Shown in pieces: positions 44,044 to 62,372 of a stretch of 64,000 bases of DNA (position 1 is its first letter; each line of letters opens with the position of its first letter). The notes beneath the pieces were generated by a model that did not search any database, was not told the origin of the DNA, and saw nothing but the letters and a program-made list of their open reading frames with translations. The position numbers and the translations under genes are program-made. Source of the DNA: the human T2T-CHM13v2.0 reference genome, Homo sapiens; the NCBI RefSeq assembly GCF_009914755.1, contig NC_060944.1. One strand, 5' to 3'.

Positions 44044-44161
44044 GATTATAGAATTATGTCACCAGTTCCCTCATGGAATCACAGACCAAGTAATTCAGAA
44101 TGAAATGCCTCATATAGAAGCCCAGCAGCGGGCAGTAGCCATCAATAGGTTGTTGTCTATG
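44044..44161 (+). CDS. POLR3F: POLR3F exon 2 (IIELCHQFPHG...NRLLSM)
   Basis: CTAG| acceptor, ATG|GTAAGG donor, 118 nt. Confidence 0.97.
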
Positions 44162-44229
44162 GTAAGGTGAATCTAACTATTTTGCATAATTACTGATATG
44201 CTGATTATCACTGGTTTTTATTATGTAGT

Positions 44230-44716
44230 TGTGATGGTTAATTTCATGTCAACTTGACTAAGATACAGGATTCCTACATATCTAGTTAAATATTTTATTG
44301 GAGTGTCTGTGTGGGTGTTTCTGAAAGAGGTTAGCATTTTGAATTGGTGAACGGAGTAAAGTAGATATGGGTCCAGTTGGGTGAGCATCATCCAATCCAT
44401 TCAGGGCCTAAATAGAACAAAGTGGCAGAGGAAGATTGAATTCACTCTTTGAATTCAATCTTGAGCTGGGCTATGAATCTTGTGCCCTCAGCACTCCTGG
44501 TTCTCAGACCTTCAGACTTGGACTGGTATCTACACCATCAGCTCTCTGCTCTCAGCCCTTTGATCTGCAACACCAGCTTTCCTGGGTCTCCAGCTTGCAG
44601 AGGGCAGATGATGGGACTCCTCAGCCTCCATAATCACAGAGCAAATAGCTTCTGATGAATCTTTCAAGAGGGAGGTGTATCCTATTGGTTCTTTTTCTCT
44701 GGAGAACCCTAATACA
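44230..44716 (+). mobile_element. MLT2-type ERVL LTR
   Basis: TGTGATGGTTAATTT...GGAGAACCCTAATACA ends. Confidence 0.85.
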
Positions 44717-45432
44717 GCAGTCATAAAACGAGAAAGTGTGTTAGGTTTGACTGATAAGACTCTAAACCAGGAAACAGCTCAAACTACCTGAATTGAAAAA
44801 AGAAGAAATAATTATGCGTTATAAGACAAATGAAATAAATGTATTATGGTATAACTGTTGTATTTATTAATTGCCACTGCCATACATAGGTCTAGTCTGT
44901 TCTCACCTTCTGTTTGCTTCCTACTGCTGGTGTTGGGCCATTTCCCATAAAATATTCCACCCCCCGATTTTCCTATGAGTTGTCACAGAGCCCAGTCATC
45001 AGGGTTTCATTCTCCACATTGTCACTCTGAGCATTTCAGGAAGCAAGAATGAGTCCAGTTGAATGAAGAATGTTGGGCTTTGGGGAGGAAGTGCAGCCTT
45101 AGCCCCCAGTGACATTGCAATGGAATTTATCAGTGAAGCCATTCTCCATCTGTCCAGAAACAAACAAGCAAGACTGTCTAAAAACCCACCAAGTGGTGCC
45201 GATGCTCTAAATCTCCCTTACTTTCCCTCATCACCAAAACATCCTTTTCCTAAGAGCATTTCAGTTTGGCTTTAGTAGCAGTTAGGTTAAAGAGTTCTAC
45301 GCCAAGGCCTCATCTGAATGACTGATTTGTTTTTTAAGTCTACTAGCCTTGTTGGATTTCCAAGGGCTCTGGATGTGGAGATTTGGGGTCCGATGAATCT
45401 TTTCTTAAACCTTTCCCATCAATTTTCTAGCT

Positions 45433-45633
45433 CAGGAGTTGGCAAACTTTTTCTATAAAGTGCCAGACAGTATATGTTTTAGGCTTTGTGAGCCATATGA
45501 TTTCTGTCACAACTACACTGTCATTTTAGCAAGAAGCAGCCATGGATGATGATACATAAACAAATGGCTACAGCCATGTTCCAACAAAACTTTGGTTATA
45601 AAAACAAGCTGTGGAGCAGATTGCTCACCCCTG
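45433..45633 (+). mobile_element. MER58A-like hAT element
   Basis: CAGGAGTTGGCAAAC...TTGCTCACCCCTG termini. Confidence 0.75.
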
Positions 45634-45714
45634 TTCTAGCCCAAGGACAAAGGAATGTTGCTGATTTCTAGTTATTTCACTGTGGTGAAGGTCTTCAGCT
45701 CTAGGAAAGACAGA

Positions 45715-45791
45715 GGAAGGGATTCTGGGAGGTTGTAGCAGTGGAAAAAGTTCTTTTCTTCCTCTGATCGCCCTCTCAGCCCTTTCCTTCT
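45715..45791 (+). ncRNA. MIR3192: pre-miR-3192 hairpin (5p TCTGGGAGGTTGTAGCAGTGGAA at 45724-45746)
   Basis: Matches recalled hsa-mir-3192; visible stem GGAAGGG...CCTTTCC; in POLR3F intron 2, sense strand. Confidence 0.85.
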
Positions 45792-46921
45792 GACTGAAAA
45801 TCATCTTCAGCACCTCTCTTTTACCACCTCTGCCACCACCCACCCACTGCGAGTCCTATTGGCTATAGGTTGTATGCAGGCAGTAGTAGAGCTATCAAAG
45901 GATATTAAGAAAGGGAGTGATTATTAATAAATCATGTAATGTTTCTGATTTTAGCTCTTAAAAACAGTTCTTAAATTTGCTGTCCACACCCCCTCCATTT
46001 CTATCCCTGGTACTGCATCATGTTCAGGCTCATGGCTTTTACCTGGACAGCTGCAGTAGCATCTTAACTGGTTTCCATGACTCCATCTGTCTCAGAGAAG
46101 CCAGCCTGATTTGGGATTACAGTCATGAGCCACCGAGCCTGGCCCCTGATCTGTCTTAAATGCAGGTCTGACCAAGGCACTCTACCACCTACAATTTGTT
46201 TATACTGGAGATTCAAGTTCAAACTCCTGGGTTTCCCACACTGAGTCCCTGCATTGTTCACCAGCCTCATCTCCACCACTCTACTTCAAAAGTTAGGTTT
46301 CAGGAGGAGCAGATTGTTTTTGGTTTCTGGCCACATCATGCTGTTTCGTGCCACAGGACTCATGTTGTTCCCCTGCTTAGAAGGTTCTTCTTATTCTTTA
46401 CAGATGACTAACGCATTAGGACTCAACTCTGCCATTGTCTCCAGGAAGTCACTGAACCCCCCCAGGTTGGGCCGCAGCCTGTTCTCCGAGTACCCAATCT
46501 GGGAGTTCAGGGTGGCTTTACTTACCTCTATCTTAATGCCAACCAGATGGGTATTGAAGTCACCTGTGTGTTTCCCTTTTAGAATTAATGTTGTTCCCCC
46601 AAACACCTATCATAACACCTGGCACAGTACAAGTATTCAGTAAATATTCATAAGCTGGATAAATGACCAGAGCCTCTGGATTGGGCCTTGTAGTCCTACT
46701 TTGCCACTTCGTGGGGTCAGGGAACAGGAGTGTGTCACTGTTCATTCAGTATGTAAATCCATTTCCAAGTCATGAGTGTCTGTTTTAAAACAAGGGAATG
46801 GGCTGGGCACAGTGGCTCCTGCCAGTAATCCCAGCACTTTGGGAGGCCGAGGTAGGCGGATCACTAGAGGCCAGGAGTTCAAGATCAGCCTGGCCAACAT
46901 GGCCTAACCCTATCTCTACTA

Positions 46922-47080
<159 letters not shown>

Positions 47081-47941
47081 CTAAATAAATACATAAATAA
47101 ACAAGGGAATAGCGTCCCTCTCAGCTGTGGCTTTCTAGTACTTCCAGAGCCTAGTGGTATAATTATCTGGGTTCTCTTAAGTTCGGACCCAAGGAAATTC
47201 AGGAGCGTGACAGACATACTTTATTTTACTTTTGATTTGCTATATAAAAACAATACTACTCTAGTCCTTTTATTCATTGGCTGACTTCAGTAAATGTCAC
47301 TGTTAACTTTTTTTGTTTTTTGTTTTGTTTGTTTTTTGCTTTTCAAGATGGAGTCTTGCTCTGTTGCCCAGGCTGGAGTGCAGTGGTGCGATCTCAGCTC
47401 AGCCTTCCATGTAGCCGGGACTACAGGCGCATGCCACTGCACCTGGCTAATTTTTGTATTTTTAGTAGAGACAGGTTTTCGCCATGTTAGCCAGGCTGGT
47501 CTCAAACTCTTGACCTCAAATGGACCACCTGCCTTGACCTCCCAAAGTGCTGAGATTACAGGTGTGAGCCACCACGCCCAGCCATTAACTTTATAAATTT
47601 TATTTTTCACTGTGCAACAGAATATGCCTATTTAGTCTTTATTTCAACTTTTTATTTATATAAATTATATTTTTATTTTATATATGTAATTTGGATTTAT
47701 ATTGATTTTTAATATAGATTGTTATTCTCAAGCTGCTTTTTAAAAATTCTTTATGCATTGATCATATAACCAAGCCAAGATCTAGCCTACAGGAAATTGT
47801 TAGTGATATTTTGAAAAATTTTGAGATTAAAGAGCAGGTTTTGAAAAATTAAGAATGTTAAAGAATGCATCAACATTTGTCATTTGATTTAACATATCTC
47901 CAAAATAACTGACTCCTGTTTTCTACTGTCTTAAAAACTAG

Positions 47942-48009
47942 GGTCAGTTGGATCTCTTAAGGAGCAATACGGGCCTTTTATATAGAATAAAGGACTCTCA
48001 GAATGCTGG
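47942..48009 (+). CDS. POLR3F: POLR3F exon 3 (GQLDLLRSNTGLLYRIKDSQNAG)
   Basis: CTAG| acceptor, GG|GTAAGT donor, 68 nt. Confidence 0.96.
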
Positions 48010-48490
48010 GTAAGTACTTGTTTTTTTAATTTTAAGAAAATGTTTATTATTTGCAAACGTATGTGTTGGGAATAAAGCTAATACAAAATTACATAAACCT
48101 GTCCTGTGTATCATCCCTGCCTCCTATGATATATTCCATTTCCCAGAGGTAACTGCTCTTAATAATTTAGTGTATATCCTTTCTTCTAGCTATATATAAA
48201 TACACATAGATGATTATATATTTATATATAATCTTTCTCTTTTTTTTTTAACAAAAATGGAATCATGCTATCCATTCTGTTTTGCAATTTGTTTTTTTCA
48301 CTTACTGTATCTTGGACATCTTTTCATGTTGGTACACACAGCTCTGTCTCATTCTATTTAAGGTAAGCCTTTCTTTTGGTAAATATGTCACTGTGGTGAC
48401 CTTGTCTGCTAATTTTGTTTAAGTAGTGATGTAGATTATTAGATTATCCTATAGTCCTTACCTTACTAATTTTACTTTATTCCACTACAG

Positions 48491-48558
48491 TAAAATGAAG
48501 GGATCTGATAACCAAGAAAAACTAGTATATCAAATCATAGAGGATGCAGGAAATAAAG
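48491..48558 (+). CDS. POLR3F: POLR3F exon 4 (KMKGSDNQEKLVYQIIEDAGNK)
   Basis: TACAG| acceptor, AAG|GTAAG donor, 68 nt. Confidence 0.96.
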
Positions 48559-49526
48559 GTAAGCATGTGAAAGATGAAGCAGAAAAAAACATTGTCTTTG
48601 GAACTAGATATAGGGACCCAGATCTCAGCTTCCCAGGGTAGAACTCAGTGGACAGAGTATACTGAGGAAGGTAATAGAACATACAAATATAACATGCATG
48701 TGCTTGAAGGACACCCAAGAGTAAGGCCGTTGTTGCCTTGAAAGAGACAAGAACTAAAGGGCTGTGTCCAGGGATGGAAAAAGACGTCTGAATTCTGAGT
48801 CACATGAATGTATTATCTATTCAAAATAAATAAAATTTAAGTTTTTTTTTTAAATCTGTACCTTCTAGCTATATGACCATGGACAAGTTACTTAAACTTT
48901 GTGAGCTTCAGTTTCTTTATCTTATCTATAAATTGTGGATGCTGACACCTCTCGTTTTTGCAAGGACCAAAAGGAAAGCTGGTGTGGTGTAGCAGTGTCT
49001 TAACAGATGTCCCTCCGCAGCTATAGTTTCTCTTCTACCCGCTTGAAGAACTGTATCTAAATTGCAATCCTAAGTTACAATAATTTGGGATCTATTTGAG
49101 TCATTGATATTAGCTGGAAAAATTGAGATGTAATCTGAAATTACATAACTAATTCTTATATTTATTAAAATTAACATTTTTAAAAATAGTCCTATGAGAA
49201 AGCCATTCTGCATATTTTTTTAATCTTCCTATCTCATATGCCATTACATTGGGAAGAAAATAAAGCAAAATATTTACATACATTCCCTTTCCATATATAA
49301 CACTTATTTCCTTCTTTGAAAAAGAAATCATTGCTTCTCACACAGGGCTTTTAGCAGCCATAAGAACCCTAGGCTTCCTTTTCCATCTCACAAATACAAT
49401 GTTGTATAAATAATGGATTACATGCATGCAGACACTCATCTAAAGAGTGTTTTTGTCCCACTTGAGGATGGCAGTTGACCTTGACCCAAATTTAAGTTTG
49501 TATTTCACATTTACAATCTAAAATGA

Positions 49527-49928
<402 letters not shown>

Positions 49929-50174
49929 TAAGTTTTTTAAAAGTTTGCCACACTGGGATTCCAAGAAATTTCTAGTTAGAAATTATAAATCATTATAATA
50001 AGTCTTACAAAGCATTATACTTATTTATTGTTTAGCATACTTTTGCTACTTTAGCCAGCATTCTTTACTGTTAGCTTTATACTGCTAGCTTTGGAATGAG
50101 ACACAAGTTAGAGGAATAACATTAAAAATCCATGAAAACCAGAGTTCAACTTATTTTACTTTACTTTCTTATAG

Positions 50175-50287
50175 GAATATGGAGCAGAGATATCCGCTAT
50201 AAAAGTAATTTGCCATTAACAGAAATCAACAAAATTCTGAAGAATCTGGAAAGTAAAAAGCTTATCAAAGCTGTTAAGTCTGTAGCA
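50175..50287 (+). CDS. POLR3F: POLR3F exon 5 (GIWSRDIRYKS...KAVKSVA), winged-helix region
   Basis: ATAG| acceptor, GCA|GTGAGT donor, 113 nt. Confidence 0.97.
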
Positions 50288-51169
50288 GTGAGTAGTCCTT
50301 TCCTCAGATACCCACTTACATATGTTGCTTCAAGTTTTTATTCTTGAAGTTATGTCATGATTTAGAACAGCTGGTCAAAAAAGACTTAAAAATTTAGCTC
50401 ATGTTGGATTGGTTTGGAGATGCTGCTTAGACTTGTCCCTACACAGTTAGCTCTTGGTGTCTCACTCACCCACTCAAAAATCTAAAACTACTTTACTGTC
50501 TTCAGTGAAGAATCTTTGGAACTGTGAACATTTTTCCTAGATTTTGTGGTGTGTAAGATAATTTACTTTATCCCGACATATTAGCTTTCTCATTCAACAA
50601 AGAGTGTTTGCTGTGTGCCAGACACTGTTTTGAGTGCTTGGGATACATTAATGAACAAGTCGTAGAAAGATCCCTGCCTTGGTGGAGCTTCTCTTCTAGT
50701 ACACGTGTGTTTTTCCTGCTCCTCATCCTGCCCCACCCCTGCTCCAGAGCTGGCTCCCTCGGGGACATCTGCCCCTGACCTCACTGATTTAGACATCAGA
50801 GGAACTGAGATTCCCCTAGAATAAAGTTTGCTTCAATACACATTTCATAAGAATTACAGCTATAATTCAAATTTTATAATTTCAGAGCTGTTAGGTCTGT
50901 GGCAGTGAGTAGACCTTTCCTCAAATATCCGCTTACATATGTTGCTTCAAGTTTTTATTTTTGAATAAAACAAGAATTATAAGAATTATAACATCACTTA
51001 TAAGAATTTGATGCTTATTAGTGATTTTATTTATCAGAATAGCATTTCCCTTCCACATTGTTTAATGGATAATTTCAAATATATACAAAGGTAGAAAAAA
51101 TCATATAATAAAACCCTATCATGTAGCCTCATTTTGTCAGTCCTCCTTCTACATCTTTATGTTTAATAA

Positions 51170-55075
<3,906 letters not shown>

Positions 55076-55137
55076 GTGTTTTTGTTTTTGGAAATTGTTA
55101 TCTTATAAACACATGAACTGTGCATGTTCTTTCCTAG

Positions 55138-55281
55138 GCCTCAAAAAAGAAGGTGTATATGCTCTATAACCTGCAGCCAGACCGGTCTGTGACTGGTGGA
55201 GCCTGGTACAGTGACCAGGATTTTGAATCTGAATTTGTAGAGGTGCTTAACCAACAGTGTTTTAAATTCCTACAGTCCAAG
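55138..55281 (+). CDS. POLR3F: POLR3F exon 6 (ASKKKVYMLYNLQPD...FLQSK)
   Basis: CCTAG| acceptor, AAG|GTGAGG donor, 144 nt; TGGAWY motif of the RPC34 family. Confidence 0.97.
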
Positions 55282-55501
55282 GTGAGGTATGATTGAGGAA
55301 ACATCACTGCAAACCCTCTTGTAAAAAGTTTTTCACAAAGGATTTTAATCTATTTATCATATTTTATAGGAATTAAAAACCTGAAATTGGGAATTTTTAC
55401 TTAACTAAATATGTTCTGTTGTTGGTTTGACTCAGTATAAAGTGTATTCAGAAAACACACCAATATTCTTATTTACATTTCTTATGTTTCAATCCTTATA
55501 G

Positions 55502-55609
55502 GCAGAAACAGCACGAGAAAGCAAACAGAACCCAATGATACAAAGAAATAGTTCATTTGCCTCATCACATGAAGTGTGGAAATATATCTGCGAATTGGGA
55601 ATCAGTAAG
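55502..55609 (+). CDS. POLR3F: POLR3F exon 7 (AETARESKQNP...LGISK)
   Basis: TATAG| acceptor, AAG|GTCAGA donor, 108 nt. Confidence 0.96.
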
Positions 55610-56214
55610 GTCAGAACTGAATTTCATCTTATTTTTTAAAACTTATTCTTTGTCACATACAATGTATTCCAAACATGTATTTGACCCACATTGTTTTTTT
55701 TTTTTGAGATGATAGCTACGAACATTCTGCAGAATCCACTTTGGGAAAATACTGTCCTGTATCTTAGGCAAAGGCAGTCACTGCCATTGGGCATTGTCTG
55801 AACTGATACTCAGCTTGGGACACTGATGCTTTTTTTATTTTTTTGGAGGTAGGGTCTCATTTTGTTGCCCAGGCTGGTTTTGAACTTCTGGACTCAAGTG
55901 ATCCTCCTGCGTTGGCCTCCCAAAGTGCCACTGTACCCTAGCCTTTTGAAATTCTTTTTTTAAGGACACTGATGCTTTTCACAGTGAAGAAATCAAAGTG
56001 GCCATTTTGGACATGTCACTTTAATTTCCTGGGCCTCAGATTTCTCATAAAAACTAGGAACTTGGACTATTTGATGTCTAAAGTGCCTTTCTGCTCAAGC
56101 ATTTTATAAATCTCCAATAAATTCCTGCTAAAGAAATGTTATTTTTTATAAGATTTCTCGATTTTACTTAGGAAGTAAAGATACCAGAAAGTGTCAAACT
56201 CAGCATGAGCTTAG

Positions 56215-56699
<485 letters not shown>

Positions 56700-56718
56700 T
56701 GATGTATCCCTTTTTTAG

Positions 56719-56910
56719 GTAGAGTTATCCATGGAAGACATTGAAACCATCCTGAATACACTCATTTATGATGGAAAAGTGGAGATGACGATTATTGCTG
56801 CAAAAGAAGGCACAGTTGGCAGTGTAGATGGACACATGAAACTGTACAGGGCAGTCAATCCAATCATCCCTCCCACAGGTTTGGTCCGGGCACCCTGTGG
56901 ACTCTGCCCG
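56719..56910 (+). CDS. POLR3F: POLR3F exon 8 (VELSMEDIETIL...APCGLCP)
   Basis: TTTTAG| acceptor, CCG|GTGAGT donor, 192 nt. Confidence 0.97.
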
Positions 56911-58123
56911 GTGAGTTAAAGTGGCTTCACTTTACACTTGACTGCCCACGGGTGCAAGTGCCACATTAAGAAACAGAGCAAGCACAGCCCAGTTTTCTCA
57001 GACTCTTAGGGTTGACCAAGAGCTATTCAAACCTCCATGAAACCTTGATGAACAGACCTTTAATGAACACATCATTCCTTTACTTTTTTTTTTTTTTTTT
57101 TTTTTGAGACGGAGTCTCACTCTATCACCGAGGCTGGGGTGCAGTGGCACAATCTTGACTCATTGCAACCTCCAACTCCCGGGTTCAAGCAGCTCTCCTG
57201 CCTCAGCCACCTGAGTACCTGAGATTATAGGCACCCACCACCATGCCCAGCTAATTTTTTTTATTTTTAGTGGAGACGGGGTTTCACCATGTTGGCCAGG
57301 CTGGTCTCGAACTCCTGACCTCAGGTGATCCCCTCAGCCTCCCAAAGTGCTGAGATTACAGGCATGTGCCCCTGTACCTGGCCCCCTGCTTTACATTCTT
57401 TCTTGGAACAACCACATTAAGGATATTTACGTTTTCTGCTCTTGGCCTTGAAATGGACACTTTTTGATGAGGGCTAATCATTTCACCTAAATAGGGCAGA
57501 AAATGAGATTTGTTGAGAACCTACCTTGGGCCAGATATGTCCTTGATGATTTCCATAGGCGGTCTCATTTAATCCTCCTTACATTCTTGAAGCTAGTGGT
57601 GTTATTTCCCCTTAAAAGTGAGGGAGCTTAGGCTTAGGAAGACATAGGGGCATACAGCTTAGAAGTAACCGGGATTCAAACCCAGAGATCATGTCTTTCC
57701 CCTGCAGCATGCCCCAGCACTCCTCCTTCATTCATTCCCAAATATTGTAAGTGCCAACTCTATGCTCTAGGCACTAAGGATACAAGAGAAAGCAAGAGAC
57801 ACTGTCCCAGTCCTCATGGCATTTATAGATGAGCCTGTGTGTGTTTTATTTCATTATACCAACCTTTGTCTATATGCCTAAGCTCTCTATGCCTTGGTTT
57901 CAGTCCCTAGACAAAAGGCTAACATATTAGGAATTCTGTTTTGCACCCTTCACAAAAAGGTAGCTAAACATGAAACATTTGGTTAATCAAAATTAAGTCA
58001 TTCATATGTATAGGTCTCCCTGCCCATATTCCTGTGTTACCTGGTGATAGCCTTTTGCCCAGCAGACAGGTGAGCATGGTCATCTTAATGCCACAGTAAA
58101 AAAAGCCTCTCTACTACTCCTAA

Positions 58124-58444
<321 letters not shown>

Positions 58445-58580
58445 TATAATATGTTCTTAAGTACAGTCCTAGTCCCTTTCAGTTTGAAAGTTTTGTTTTT
58501 AATCTTGCTTTAAATAAGTGGTTGGGTCTTAGATATTTTAAAACTTTAATTTGAATATAATTTTTTTTTCTTTTTTAAAG

Positions 58581-58658
58581 GTTTTTGATGACTGCCACGA
58601 AGGTGGTGAGATTTCACCATCTAACTGTATTTACATGACAGAGTGGCTCGAATTTTAA
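58581..58658 (+). CDS. POLR3F: POLR3F exon 9 CDS (VFDDCHEGGEISPSNCIYMTEWLEF*); Cys287/290/296/307 form the known Fe-S ligand motif
   Basis: TTAAAG| acceptor, TAA at 58656-58658; total CDS 951 nt = 316 aa. Confidence 0.97.
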   Translation, partial: VFDDCHEGGEISPSNCIYMTEWLEF

Positions 58659-58886
58659 TAGAGAGCTATGAACTTTATTGACATTTTGCAAATGAAGTTA
58701 CTTAGGGAGCAGATAATTTAATTCATGATGGAACACGAAATCTCCTTGAAAGCAAACTTCACAATAATGGACGTAGACTTGCTGCTATGAAAACATATTT
58801 TTTTTATTTATGAAGACTAAATTTATATTGGTAAAATAGCCAGTAGAATATGAAAGAAATAAGGTTAGTAGTGAAATTCATTCTTC

Positions 58887-58896
58887 AATAAATAAA
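58887..58896 (+). terminator. POLR3F proximal poly(A) signal (overlapping AATAAATAAA)
   Basis: Two overlapping AATAAA hexamers about 230 nt after the stop codon. Confidence 0.6.
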
Positions 58897-59431
58897 ACAC
58901 TTTGAAACTCCGGAGGACCACATCTTTCAAGACTTCTGATGGGTCAAGGAAAAAGATGCCAACATACCCGTATTTACCAAGTACTATGATAATGGCTAGA
59001 GTATAAAAATGTTCTTTTTAAAGTTATTTATTAAGTTCTTCATTGGAAGTTTTTTTTTATATCTGGTTCACTACCACCATTTTCTGTTTCCTACTTTCTC
59101 AGTGGTTTCATTGAAAAGAAATTAGAAGGGGTTAAAGGCAGGAATAGCAAAGAGTGCAAACTTGGGGTATGACTGGGGGAGAGTGGAACATGCCTTTTCC
59201 GCACAATATTAATTCCTTTTTGTATCAGAAATGTTCTTTTAGGAGATTATGCTACCATACTTACTTCAAACCCAATGACTACTGTCAAGGACATATTTTC
59301 AGTACATAAATACTATCATTTTCATTCTAAAGAATATTTTCACTGTTCCTTCTTTCTTAAAGTCTTATGTTTCACTCTTTAACTCAAATGTATTCTTTGT
59401 TAGAATTTACCCTAGATTCTTATTTAATGTC

Positions 59432-59790
59432 TGCAGTAGACTGAATGTTTGTGTGCCCCCAGAATTCTAATGTTGAAATCTCATTTCCAATGTGATGGTA
59501 TTTGGAGGTGGGGCTTTTGGTAAGTGATAGGTCAGGAGAGTAACAGCGCTCATGAATGGGATTAGTGCCCTTATATAAAGAGACCCAGAGAGCTCCATCA
59601 CCCCTTCTGCCATGTGAAAGGGAGAAGACAAACATCCACGAACCAGGAAGTGGGTCCTCACCAGAAAACAAATCTGTAAGCACCTTGATCTTGGACTTCT
59701 CAGCCTCCAGAATTGTGAGAAATAAATTTCTGTTGTTGATAAACCACCAGTCTATGGTATTCTGTTATAGCATTAACTGAAACTAAATAT
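59432..59790 (+). mobile_element. MST-family MaLR LTR in the POLR3F 3' region
   Basis: gccctcatgaatgggattagtgcccttat-like and gacttctcagcctccagaattgtgagaaataaatttctg motifs. Confidence 0.88.
59721..59726 (+). terminator. POLR3F distal poly(A) signal within MST LTR
   Basis: AATAAA at the LTR's own poly(A) signal position, sense orientation. Confidence 0.6.
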
Positions 59791-60324
59791 ACTCCATGCC
59801 CTCCATTCACACTTTATTTTGAGAGAGGGGATAACATTCTTTTTCTCTTACTCTGTTTTAGATTTATTTCCCTTCCTTATTCTGTTCTAAATCATGGTGT
59901 GATGTGTCTAAGCAGAAAGCCATTATAATTGTCCTCAGTTCTAATAACACTTTCAGTTCCTATGGTCAGCCACATAGAAAACACTAGGTTATTTGATGTA
60001 TTGTTGCACAGAAGTTGACTGTGCGGCTTTTTAGAATTGCAGCTTCATATTTTCACTTTGTAGCTCCACTTAGAAGTTTCTGTATCCAAGCCAAAAACAT
60101 GGGACCCATGGAAAGGAATTCAAGCTCCACTAGTACTGAGGGTTGGGTTCTAATACCAGTTTGGAGATGCTCTAAGTGGATATCAGAAGAGTTATTTTAA
60201 GATAAATGGTATCAGTAAAATAAAATTCAGGCCACATTCTGTGAATTAGCATTTGATGACACTAGCTCTTTGTAACAAAAATTATTTCAAGTATTGAATA
60301 TACATACATATATAAGATACACAG

Positions 60325-61186
<862 letters not shown>

Positions 61187-61359
61187 ATTATATATATAAA
61201 TATATATAAATATAAATATATATATAAATATATATAAATATAAATATATATATAAATATATATAAATATATATATAAATATATATGTAAATATAAATATA
61301 TATATGTAAATATAAATATATATATGTAAATATAAATATATATATATATATATATATAT
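61187..61359 (+). repeat. (TA)n/(TATAAA)n AT-rich low-complexity tract
   Basis: Directly visible; abuts the RPL21 pseudogene tail. Confidence 0.95.
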
Positions 61360-62199
61360 GAAGGATCTGGGAACCTGAAACTACAGACAGAGGGTTTCTC
61401 TTCCACCCTCAGTGAGAGTTGGAATGGTAAGAACAATGTCTGTCCTTCCTGGGACTTGGCCTATCAAAAAGGCACTAGTTTTATGTAGTAAGAAAAATGA
61501 ACTTGGAAGAGAGCTAGAAATGAGAAGAAACCAGCTTGTATGTTTTAAATATAGACTTTGTCTTATGTCTTTATAGCTAAAGATTGGTTTTTAGAGCTTA
61601 ACATTCAATGGCTAAAACAAAAGTATTCCTTACCTCACCAATAAAGAGAAACTTCAAGCTTTTTTCCCATGGTATGTTTTTAATTCTGAAAATTAACTGA
61701 AGGAGACAAGAGACAATTTAAAATTACAGCACCTCTGATGAATAGTTAAATGGATCATTTATCCTACAGGGATAAACTGTAACCAAAACAGATTGTGGGG
61801 CTCTAGACTCCGGACAGCACCAAAAATTCAAGTTGCATATGAAGTCCTAATACTTACAGTTGATTTCCATTCAGTATTCGGTATTTTGCTCACCTGAGAA
61901 TAGATACTCCCCAGAGTGTATAGAGGCCCCTGTATATTCAATGATGACCACAAAGAATCAAACAGAAATCAGAAATGACAGTCCATGGCTCTATGGTTTT
62001 TAATGAATAGTTTGTGTAGATTTTCCCATGAAACACCCCTGATCTTAGTTGGGTGATTTATAGACCTATGATGTTGGTGGTGATCAGCTAAGCAAACTAG
62101 CCAAACAGAAGTAATTTCAAATTAAGTCACTTTTACTTTGTGCTATTACTCATTATTGGATGGTGGGTGAGGGGAAAATACAAAATATATGTCCTAGAC

Positions 62200-62372
62200 C
62201 AATGTTGTCCAATAGAGCTTTCTATAATGACGGAAATAGCCTATATTGGCTGGTCAGTAAGGTAACCAATAGCCACCAGTGGCTGTTGAGCACTTGAAAT
62301 ATGGCTAGTTTGACTGAACTGAATTTTCAATTTTACAGCTAGCTGTGGTTACTGGTTACTATATTTGGCAGC
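62200..62372 (+). mobile_element. MER3-like hAT element
   Basis: tgtccaatag...gccac..gtggct.ttgagcacttgaaat.tggctagt motif. Confidence 0.7.

Noticed and set aside
61188-61436. YIYIYI ORF
   Set aside because: Translation of the AT microsatellite
61810-61821. GGACAGCACC REST-like half site
   Set aside because: The left half of the RE1 motif is absent
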